43,448 nucleotides of DNA from a virus, in IMG/VR virus record IMGVR_UViG_3300017408_000001, positions 1 through 43,448 of that record; one strand, written 5' to 3'. The position numbers and the translations under genes are program-made. Numbering within the stretch: position 1 is the first letter of the stretch; each line of letters opens with the position of its first letter. Below the pieces are notes generated by a model, which was given only the letters and a program-made list of their open reading frames with translations, did not search any database and was not told the DNA's origin. Below are positions 31,150 through 40,000 of this stretch, piece after piece.

Positions 31150-32355
31150 CTAGATGCCCGACATCAAGGCAGTGTTCGCCGCCGCGAGTGCGTCCAGCTG
31201 GTACTGGCGCGGCGTACCCACATCGACATTCCACGCATCGATGCCGCTTCCATTCGCGACGTAACCGTAATTCCATAGAGCGGAGAGCGGCACTCGCTCG
31301 CGGACGATCGCTGCCAGCATTGTGGTGAATTGCGCCGTCTCGGCCGCAGCGTCCGCAGTCACACCGGCGTCGCCCCTGATGGCTCCGAACTCTCCAAGGA
31401 ACAGAGGCCGGCCGTGATGCTCCGCCATGGTCTTGAGCAGACCGATCAGCTGATCGGGCGTTGCCTTAGCAAAGGTCTGATCATTCCAGTACCAGAAGGC
31501 CTTGCGTGCTGCCTGGTAAGAATGGGCACACAGCGTATCGAAGCACCTGGGGTTCTCGTATTCCGGCCAAGGCAGCGCGCCCGGTGCGCCGCTCATCCAC
31601 TGGGCATAGGTGTCCAGACCGGCGCTGATGTTGTTGAATTGATTATACCGGTTGGGCAGTGAGATCGCCGCGCCGCTCGACAAAAGTCGCCCATGTGGGT
31701 CATTGGCTCTGACAACCGCGCACCAATCGGCTGCCGCGTTGAAAAGGTCGGCGGTTGTCAGCTGATCGGTAGTGCCGTTGGCATTAGCGGGTGCGGCGGC
31801 GTAACTAGCTGGACCTCCGTCAGCCAAAGGCGGGAAGCTGGCTCGCGGGAAGAGGTCCGCATAGGACTCGTACTCGTTGCCCATTTCCCACCCGAAGATT
31901 GCGGGGCTTTCCGCATATCGCTTCACGAATTCCGCCGTGTACGCACGCATGAACTGGCGCGTGTTGGAGGCTGGGTTGCCCCACTGGCCGATCGTATCGC
32001 GCTTGCCGGCCGAGGTGAAAGCCATAAGATCACAGGTGGTCGCGTGGCGCCAGAACATGGACGGGATGAGACCGATGCCGGCACTCTCGGCCGCGCTGAC
32101 GATCGCTGCGTTCTTCGCCCACCATCCCGCCGGGTTTGTGAGGTACTGCCGCCAGCCCGCATTGCCATTGGCGCCTGCCTCGAACTGCCCGGCGTTGTAC
32201 CGCACGAAGGGTACACCTTTGGCAGCTAGCAAAGCAAACTGCTGTGCAAGGTCATCGTGATTGAACAGGCTGTAGAAGTTGAGCCCAATAGCGCGGTACG
32301 GCCTGCCGCCCTTCAGGATTTGCGAGCGCGAGGCGGAAAGTCCGAGACGGGTCAT
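31150..32355 (-). CDS. Glycoside hydrolase family 5-like enzyme (candidate virion depolymerase)
   Basis: IFGWEMGNEY (acid/base NE motif) and RPLFLGEFGA (nucleophile Glu motif) sit in a TIM-barrel-like order. ATGA-coupled to the upstream tail-module gene. Confidence 0.7.
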   Translation of the reverse strand: MTRLGLSASRSQILKGGRPYRAIGLNFYSLFNHDDLAQQFALLAAKGVPFVRYNAGQFEAGANGNAGWRQYLTNPAGWWAKNAAIVSAAESAGIGLIPSMFWRHATTCDLMAFTSAGKRDTIGQWGNPASNTRQFMRAYTAEFVKRYAESPAIFGWEMGNEYESYADLFPRASFPPLADGGPASYAAAPANANGTTDQLTTADLFNAAADWCAVVRANDPHGRLLSSGAAISLPNRYNQFNNISAGLDTYAQWMSGAPGALPWPEYENPRCFDTLCAHSYQAARKAFWYWNDQTFAKATPDQLIGLLKTMAEHHGRPLFLGEFGAIRGDAGVTADAAAETAQFTTMLAAIVRERVPLSALWNYGYVANGSGIDAWNVDVGTPRQYQLDALAAANTALMSGI

Positions 32356-33311
32356 TGCGTAAATCCACTGATGGAGGCCACGAGCGCGGTGTTGCCGGTA
32401 CCGGCCGCCGGCACCGTCAGGACAATGGGTGTGTTGACGAAGCTATTCGCCAGTGGCCGGTCAAACGTCAGCCGATGGTGGAATGCGGTAGTCGGCCCTG
32501 CCGGGATACCGATGACGAAGCTACGTTGCCCTCCGACCAGGCCATCGATGGTGCAGGTCAGCAACGCTGCGGAGGTTGCGCCGCCGCCGGAAATATCGAT
32601 CTCGGTAAGGTAGTTCTTCGACGGAACTGCCGCCATTGTCGCGATGGCTTGGGCATTCGCCTTCAAACCCGATGACGCCGCGGCAGGCGAAGCACCCCAT
32701 GGATAAGGCTGCACAGCAACGCCAACCGGCGACGTATTGGTGTTCGCAATCGAGACCGACTCTGTCGTGAAGTCTTGGGTATGCAGCGCTACCCGCCCTG
32801 CCAGTACGCCCGTGGCGAGTGCCAAGACCTTGACCCGCATGCGAACGCCAAAAACGCGAAACGCGTACGCTTGCTGAGCAGCGCTGAAGTTGTTGTTCGA
32901 TCCGACAAGGCCTAGAAATTGCGCACCCGCGCCGTAGACTGGGAACCATCCCACGATGCCTGCCGGATCAAGCGTCTGCTCGTAAGTCACCTGCGCGCCG
33001 GTATAGGTGCCTTCGAGTGCAACGACGACGCTGCCGAAGCCGTCGATCGGGAAGCCGGTAGGGTCGGTGGGGACGTCACTCAGGTAGCGGCGCGGATCGC
33101 TTGTCGTGAACGGAGATGGCACCAGCCAAGCTCCCGGCGGCGACACGAGCAAGCTCGCCGAAAGCTGGCGCGACTTGCGATCCGCCGCAGTGTTCGGAGG
33201 CGCTGTTGGCAAGCCTGCGAGGGCATCCGTCGCACCGAGGTCTAGCGGGAGCCGGTCACGTACAGCGCCAAGGGTCACATCTCGAGATGGCAGATTGTCG
33301 CTAAGCGCCAT
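32352..33311 (-). CDS. Hypothetical tail-module protein (319 aa, beta-rich)
   Basis: ORF in the fibre module, 3 nt after the previous stop. No family recognised. Confidence 0.6.
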   Translation of the reverse strand: MALSDNLPSRDVTLGAVRDRLPLDLGATDALAGLPTAPPNTAADRKSRQLSASLLVSPPGAWLVPSPFTTSDPRRYLSDVPTDPTGFPIDGFGSVVVALEGTYTGAQVTYEQTLDPAGIVGWFPVYGAGAQFLGLVGSNNNFSAAQQAYAFRVFGVRMRVKVLALATGVLAGRVALHTQDFTTESVSIANTNTSPVGVAVQPYPWGASPAAASSGLKANAQAIATMAAVPSKNYLTEIDISGGGATSAALLTCTIDGLVGGQRSFVIGIPAGPTTAFHHRLTFDRPLANSFVNTPIVLTVPAAGTGNTALVASISGFTQ

Positions 33312-33314
33312 AGG

Positions 33315-33869
33315 TCAGGCTCCATGCTGGTAGTTGAGAGCGTAGCGCCACGCGCCATCGCCAGGAGCCCGGCTAAAGGTCAGCGAGAAGCCCGAGGCGT
33401 CTGCAGAAAAGATGGCCTGACCATCAATCGTCGCACCGTTGCCATCGATTAAGAGTGGCCGCTCACCCCAGCTTCCAGCCTTGTCGATCACGACGACAAT
33501 GCCGCCATCCGCCGGCAGCGTAAGCGTGAAGCTGCCTGCGCTAGTGTCGGCGGCCACTGTATCCCCCGAAGCTGCGACATAGGGCGAAACCGCGCGGGTC
33601 ACTGCCAACAATCCATCAAGGCCTAGATCACCGGGATTGGCGTAAGGACCGACGTCGACATAGCCAGGATCTTCAGCGGTCCGCCGATAGCGCCTCCGCT
33701 TGCCGGTGACCGGATCAACGCTGCTGTAGAATGTGTCATAGGGCAGATCGAGCCCGCTCTCCGGGGTGTCTCGACGATACTCGACACCAGCCTGGATCGG
33801 CTCCAGCCCGGCGAACAGCGCCGCATTCTTCGCAAGAAGATCGGCGAGCATCGTCTCGTTGGTGGGCAC
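33315..33869 (-). CDS. Hypothetical tail-module protein (184 aa)
   Basis: GGAG lies 8 nt before GTG 33869. The ORF-track ATG start would overlap the upstream gene by 76 nt. Confidence 0.5.
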   Translation of the reverse strand: MPTNETMLADLLAKNAALFAGLEPIQAGVEYRRDTPESGLDLPYDTFYSSVDPVTGKRRRYRRTAEDPGYVDVGPYANPGDLGLDGLLAVTRAVSPYVAASGDTVAADTSAGSFTLTLPADGGIVVVIDKAGSWGERPLLIDGNGATIDGQAIFSADASGFSLTFSRAPGDGAWRYALNYQHGA

Positions 33870-33883
33870 GATCGGGTCTCCGC

Positions 33884-34153
33884 TCAGCTGACCAGCTTGC
33901 GCAGGCGCGCAAGCTCGATCCCACTCAGCTTCACCAAGGCTTCTCGAGCGCGGACCCATTGCTCGATCCGGCGCCGGGTCGCCTCATCCAAGGACGAAGC
34001 AGCAGCGGTCACGCGGTCAAGCAATTGGGTCAACTCGTCGCTGCCGAGCAGCGCCATCAGTTCTTCAGTGGGCGCAATCGTGGCATCGGCCAGCTGCTGG
34101 TCGAGTTGATCACGCCGCGCGCGCAGATCGTTCAGGTCGGGTGCTTTGGTCAT
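33884..34153 (-). CDS. Hypothetical coiled-coil protein (89 aa)
   Basis: GAGGAA lies 4 nt before ATG 34153. An alternative ATG at 34165 overlaps the fibre-gene stop. Confidence 0.5.
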   Translation of the reverse strand: MTKAPDLNDLRARRDQLDQQLADATIAPTEELMALLGSDELTQLLDRVTAAASSLDEATRRRIEQWVRAREALVKLSGIELARLRKLVS

Positions 34154-34161
34154 GCTGTTCC

Positions 34162-37053
34162 TCATCTGCCGAATGCCAGCCAGTCGAAGCCGTCGAGGTG
34201 CTGGGAATTGCTCGTGGCGGCCTGTGTCCCGACGGTCGCGCCGAACTTGGTTTTCGCGCCTACGACCTGAAGCCAAAGGTCGCGGTTGTTGTTGAAGACG
34301 GTCAGGTAGGGCACCGGAACGAAGCTCTGGCACTCGTTCGGAAACGGATCATCAAACACGACGGAGAGCTGCACTTCGTCGTTGATGGCGCCGCGAAACT
34401 TGCCCCACTTCATCACGACGCCGCCGGGTAGCTCCTGCGAGCCTTGGTCGGCCGACATGTCCTGCTTGAGCAGGAACTCGTAATCCATGGCGCCGACCTT
34501 GAGGGTGTCGACCTCGACGTCGTGCATCTTCACGACGCCGTCCTCGACCGCGAATACGGGCTGGCCGCCGTTCCCATCTGCGTCGAAGATGCGGAAGTAG
34601 TCGGCGACGAAGTCGAAGCCGCCTTCCACCCCGTCATTGTTGGCAAGGAAGCCGATCACGTGGCCGTTGCTGTCCAGCTTCACGCCGTAGCGCAGCAGCA
34701 CGCCGTCGATCGACTCGGCCAGCACCGCGAGTTCCGCGGTCTGGCCGTTGAAGGAGGTCTCCAGCGACAGCAGCTGCGTTGCCAGCGCACCGTCTTCATC
34801 GGCGCGCGCGATCTCTTCCGCGAGCACCATCGCGCTGACGTCCGCGATGTCGCTGGCGAGCGTGGCGGCCAGGGCCTGCCGAGCGGTCGCTTCCGCTTCG
34901 TCACCGCTCACCCGTGCCGACGCCTCGTTCAGGACGGCTGCATCTACATCAGCGATGTCGCTGCTCAGGGACGCGGAGAGTGCCTCGCGCAGCGCAGCCT
35001 CGGCGCTGACCGCATCGGCGCGCGTCGTCGCTTCGGTGGCGATTGCGGCCTCAAGGTCCGACACATGCCCGTCGACCACGCCCTGCAGAGCCGAGAGCCC
35101 CAGGTTGCGCTGCGCAGTCTCGGCTAGATCGGCCTCCGCGCGCGTGGTCGCCTCGCTGCTGATCGCCGCTTGCGTGGTAAGCAGCTTGCCGTCGACTTCG
35201 GTCCGCAGCGTGGAGATGGCGAGTTCGCGCTGCGAAGTTTCGGCACTGTCCGCGTCGGCGCGCGTCGTCGCTTCACTGCTGATCGCCGCCTGCAAGTCCG
35301 ACACATGGCCATCGACTTCGGTATGGAACAGCGAGATGGCGAGTTCGCGCGACATGGTCTCGGCGGCATCAGCCGAAGCGCGCACTGTCTGCTCAAGCTC
35401 AATAGCCGCCATGGCCGCATTGATGCCGTCGGTCGCGGCCGCTTCGATCTCGGTGATGAGCTGGACGAACGCCTCACCTTGCTCGACCCGCTCGTTGATC
35501 TCCTGCCGTACCCGGGTCGTAACCTCGATGCCGTCGAGGTGGAGCAGGCGCTCCCACCGGGCTTTACGCTCCTCGCCGAGCAGCTGAGCCGCGTAGGAGG
35601 CCAGCAGATTATTGCGGTGCTGGTCGACCAGCGACTGCACGCCTTCGACGATGTCGGCCGCCGAGGTGGTGGAGCCCAGCTTCTTGAGGGCTTCAATGAC
35701 GTTGTCGGCGGTGCCTTCGCCGACCGGCGTGCCTGGGGGAGCACCAACGGTCGCATTGTCCTCCGGCTTGGTGCCGTCCGGGTCCGCGATGTCGGGCCAG
35801 TTCACGATGGTGCCTATCGGCTCCACCTTGCCCGCGGTGCTCAGCCCCTCGACGGAGAGCGTCAAGTTGCTGACGGACTGCCCGACTTCAATCGAGAAGT
35901 CCTTGAAGAAGCCGTACACCGCAAGCGCATCCAGTGCGTCATCAGCAATCCACAGCGCCGGCCGTGCGCGGACTGCGGCGATCCGGCCGGCGACGATGTC
36001 GATCGCGTCGGTATCGATCAGCGCCTTCGCACTCATCCGCTTCGACCAGGCACGCTTGACGATCGTCACCTCGCCGAAGTCGTCGACCTCCTTGCGGCTG
36101 AAGTCGGTGATGCCGGCGCTCGGCGCGGCTTCCGTGAGACCAAGCCCGATGAGCTTGCCGATCATCAGCGTGCCGATAGACACTTGCCCCGTGCCCACGA
36201 TTGTCACGACGGCAGAGTCGGTGGTCGCCGGCAGATCGAGGAACAGCGCAGAGCCGCCCTCGCCGGGCGCGATGGTGCGGTCGTAGTAGCTGCCGATCCG
36301 CACCCGCACGGTGTCAGCTGTCACATCGAGCAGCGCGATCGCGTTGATCTCGCCGTTCTGCACCTCGACCTCAACGGGCCCGGCGGCGGTTGTTGCGGAG
36401 CCGAGAGCTTCGTCGAACATGGCCCAGCGGTTCGTTGGGCCGATGTCGGTCCACATGCCCGAAGCGCCAGTAGGATCACTGCCCTGGCTTGGCGCAGCGC
36501 TCTCATAGATCCGGTGCGTCGCCTGCTTGATCACGCGCGCGCCGAGCGGATAAGCCGTCCCTGCGGCCCACTCGGGATAGTCGTCTTCGACCACGGTGCT
36601 GGCGATCAGCGCCGGGCCTTGGATCGAGGCGGGCTGCAGCAGCCGCAGGGTCGACACGCCGCCTTCAGGCGCTGGGTCGGTGCCCGGATCGTTGAAGGGC
36701 TCCGATGCGGCGAGACCCTCGATCGTCAGAGTGCAATAGCTCACTGGCGGCAAAGCCAGATCAACCGAGAAGTCCTTGTAGAACCCCCGGAAGTCGAGCC
36801 AGGCGAACCGGTCGTCCGCAACCCACCGCGCCGCGGTGGCGCGCAGATCAGCAACCCGCCGCTGGAGTTCGTCGACGCCGTCGGTGGGCACGAGCAGCTT
36901 GACCGACATGCGCCGTGCAAAGGCGCGCGGCACGACCTTGGTGACACCGAAATCATCGGTGACACGCCGGCTGTAGTCGGTCAGCCCGATCGTCGGGGTT
37001 TCTTCAAGCGTGCCGAGCTGGAACTCGGCGCCGCCGTCCAAGACAACCTTCAA
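34162..37053 (-). CDS. Large tail fibre / host-specificity protein (963 aa)
   Basis: The TTG start overlaps the tape-measure stop. Parts, in order:
- a duplicated about 105-aa N-terminal domain (aa 11-116 and 291-406);
- a CBM5/12-like W..G..Y..G..V......Y...........P......W segment;
- 40-aa coiled repeats (AE..QR.L..S.L...VDG.....QAAISSEATTRA.AD);
- a C-terminal globular domain. Confidence 0.8.
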   Translation of the reverse strand: MKVVLDGGAEFQLGTLEETPTIGLTDYSRRVTDDFGVTKVVPRAFARRMSVKLLVPTDGVDELQRRVADLRATAARWVADDRFAWLDFRGFYKDFSVDLALPPVSYCTLTIEGLAASEPFNDPGTDPAPEGGVSTLRLLQPASIQGPALIASTVVEDDYPEWAAGTAYPLGARVIKQATHRIYESAAPSQGSDPTGASGMWTDIGPTNRWAMFDEALGSATTAAGPVEVEVQNGEINAIALLDVTADTVRVRIGSYYDRTIAPGEGGSALFLDLPATTDSAVVTIVGTGQVSIGTLMIGKLIGLGLTEAAPSAGITDFSRKEVDDFGEVTIVKRAWSKRMSAKALIDTDAIDIVAGRIAAVRARPALWIADDALDALAVYGFFKDFSIEVGQSVSNLTLSVEGLSTAGKVEPIGTIVNWPDIADPDGTKPEDNATVGAPPGTPVGEGTADNVIEALKKLGSTTSAADIVEGVQSLVDQHRNNLLASYAAQLLGEERKARWERLLHLDGIEVTTRVRQEINERVEQGEAFVQLITEIEAAATDGINAAMAAIELEQTVRASADAAETMSRELAISLFHTEVDGHVSDLQAAISSEATTRADADSAETSQRELAISTLRTEVDGKLLTTQAAISSEATTRAEADLAETAQRNLGLSALQGVVDGHVSDLEAAIATEATTRADAVSAEAALREALSASLSSDIADVDAAVLNEASARVSGDEAEATARQALAATLASDIADVSAMVLAEEIARADEDGALATQLLSLETSFNGQTAELAVLAESIDGVLLRYGVKLDSNGHVIGFLANNDGVEGGFDFVADYFRIFDADGNGGQPVFAVEDGVVKMHDVEVDTLKVGAMDYEFLLKQDMSADQGSQELPGGVVMKWGKFRGAINDEVQLSVVFDDPFPNECQSFVPVPYLTVFNNNRDLWLQVVGAKTKFGATVGTQAATSNSQHLDGFDWLAFGR
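35005..35364. repeat. Three tandem 120-nt repeats (with degenerate copies down to about 34780) inside the fibre gene
   Basis: Units start (minus strand) at 35364, 35244 and 35124. They encode the 40-aa repeats beginning at A564, A604 and A644. Confidence 0.8.
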
Positions 37054-40000
37054 CTGCCGGCCGCCACGCTGATAGCGGTACCGCCGCTCTCCGCCGTAAC
37101 ATCGTCCAGCTTGCTAGCTATGCGGCCTGTGTTCCCGGTGATTGCCGCATTGCCGCTGTTCATGTCGCTGCGCATTTGGGCAAGCTCCGCACGCAACGCC
37201 CTGATCTCATCAACCAGATTGTCGTTGGCCGGTGGGCTTGTCTCTGTGGCCGTACTTGCGTTCGCGGCAGAAGCGAGGGCGCCAATGATAGAGGCTGGGT
37301 CGTTCGCGCCAGTGATTGCACCGATAAGGTTGTATGTACCCTCCAAGCTCGCTGCAATCTGCGCCTGCACACGATCCAGCTCCTGCCTGCTGGTCGCAGT
37401 GTCGCCCGCAACCGACAACAGCGACTGACTGAGGCCCACGAGCTTGTTAGCCGCTTCCTGGTCCCCGCCGCGCGCTGCAAGGGTCGCAGCGTTGAACTGG
37501 CCCATCAGCTGCGCAAAGCTGCCGGAACTGCTGCCATTTGTGATGCCGCGAATGCGGTTCACTTCGGCCATGATGCCGTCGCCTACTGAGGTCCAGGCCT
37601 GGCGCAGCTGGTCGGCCGCCGCCGCGGCGTCCTTGGCGTCCTGCAATGCCCAGATCTGCTCCTGCAGCGCCTTGTTGCTGGGGTCGATCTTGGCAAGGTC
37701 GAGTGCGCGGATCGCCGCAGTGTCGCCCTGCAGTTCCAGCAGCTGGCGCTGCAGGTCCTGCTGTTCGGCCAGGATGTCGGCTGCGCTCTTCGCGCCGTTC
37801 ATGGCCGTCTGCAGATCGGCGAACGCGGGAGCAAGCTGCAGCAGCGTCGCATAGGTCGACTGCCCGGCCGCCGTGGTGAGATCCTGCGCTTCGACCAGCG
37901 CACGGAAGCCGGCGAGCGTGCCGGGCATCGCCAGGCCGAGGCTGTCGAACACTTGGGCGAACTGTCGGGTCTTCGCGGCGGCCTGCTCCTCCTTGCTGTA
38001 GTACGCGTCGAAGTAGGCGCCGATCGCGCTGGTAAAATCGCTCACGCTGTCGAACTGGTCGGCCAGTGCGAGCTTCGCATCGATGCTCATGGTGGCCGCA
38101 GAGCTGCTCAGCAGGCCCAGCGAGGCGGACACGCTCTCGACGGTCGACGACACCCGCACCAGCGTCTCGAACAAGCCCTCGCCGGCCTTCTGGAACTTCT
38201 CAATGCCGGGGAAGGCGGCGGTGGCCATCTTGTCGGCTGCGGCGCCGAAGACGGCGCTCAGCTTTTCCTCGATCTCGTCGCCGGTGAGGCCTTGGAGGTC
38301 GATCTTGCCGATGTCGACGACGAAGCCGCTAAGCTTGCTCTTGATCGCGTCGGTGCTTTCGCCCAGCGGGCCAGCCGCAGCGAGGATCGCATCATTGAAC
38401 TGGCGCAGGATCAGCGTGAACTGGTTCTCCAGCCCCGCATCGGCATCGCTGTACTTCGTCGAATACTTGGTCGACGTGGTAATGCCGAAGAGCTTCTTCT
38501 TCTTTTGCACGTCGGAATAGTAGGACGCGTCGAAGCCACCGGAGAGGATGTCGCCGAGCGTCTGATCGTCGCCGAACAGGCCGCTGCCCACCACCTTGGT
38601 CTTGGTGCCGAACAGGCCCTTCAGGATGCCGCCAACGAGCGGGATGGAACCGAGCACCGAGCCAATCGCATTGGCCTTGAAGCCCTGCGTCACGTCGCTG
38701 TTCGCGTTCACGTCGCCCGTGCGCAGCACCAGCGCAGCGAACCCGCCGATCTGGCTTTCGATCGAGCGAAGCGAAGCAGCCATCTGGCGCGAGTAGGTGA
38801 GCATGGTCGTGTCCACCTGCCTGAGCGCGTCGATCGAACGCTTGATGCTTTCCGACTTCGCCGTGGCGTCGCCCAGCACAGTGCCGGTGCCGTCGTTTGC
38901 CTTGGGCAAGGTGTTCTTGCCTCCTCCAAGCGAACCCACGACCGAGATGCCGGCCGCCACCAACGCTGCAGCGGTTGCGGCCATGGCGGCGAGGTTGAGG
39001 GGGAAAGGCAGCTTGGACTGCGAGGCAATGCCAGCCGTGCCCTCTGCGGTCGCAACAGCAGCTGCACCAGCGACCTTCGTCGTGGTCTCGAGTGCGCTCT
39101 GGATCATCGACTGCAGCGACATCGCAAGCTGGATCGCGCGGAACACCTTCTCGGCAGCCTCCATGGCTTTGTAGCCGGTAGAGTGCTCCTTGAAGAAACC
39201 CTTCGCCGCATCGGTCATGTCGCCGAAGGCTGCGATTTGTGCTCCAGACGAACGCAGAGCCCAACGCTCGCGCTCCTGGGCCAGCAGCTTCTCGTTGCCG
39301 CCCGCCTGCGTGATCTTTTCGGCGTGCTCCTGCTCGGCACGGGTGCGGCTCGCCTGGTAGGTAGCATAGATGGATGCCATGTCGCCGATCGCGCGACCGG
39401 CATTCCCGAACGCATCCGCCATGCCCTGGCCGGCGGACTGAACCTTGCCCGCGATGATGTCCCACTTCTCGGCGGTGAGTGTGAGGCTGTCGTTGTAAGC
39501 GTTCTGCGCCTGAGCGTTGCGGACACCTTGAACAGCAAGATCGCCCTGCTGCTTGACGAAAGCTTCAACCTTCGCCGGGTTGGCACCGCCAGTGAGCCAA
39601 GTGGCCGCCTGCTGCCGAGCCTTCAGCTCTGCCATGCCGCGTGCGCGCGCCTCCTCGGTAGCGCCGATCAGGCGCAGCTCCTCGCGCAGTTCAGCGAGAC
39701 GATCCTTGCCGCCCTGTAGCGCCGCAAGCAGCTGAGCATCGGCCTCGGCCTTCGTCAGACTTGCACGGGCGACGCGCTGATCCTCCAAGGCGCGAGTGAT
39801 CTCCTTGATACCCTGCAGATCCTTGGTCTTCTGGGCCGCTTCCAGCGCAGCCAGCAATGGCAGCTGCGCGATACGGTCACGCACGAGATCGGCGGCGCGC
39901 GATGCGGGTACCAGCCCGTCCTGCACCAGCGCATTGACCTGCTCCTGTGCGGCGGCCTGGTCGCGCATGGCCGCAGTCGCCTTCGCCGCGTCCACAACCC

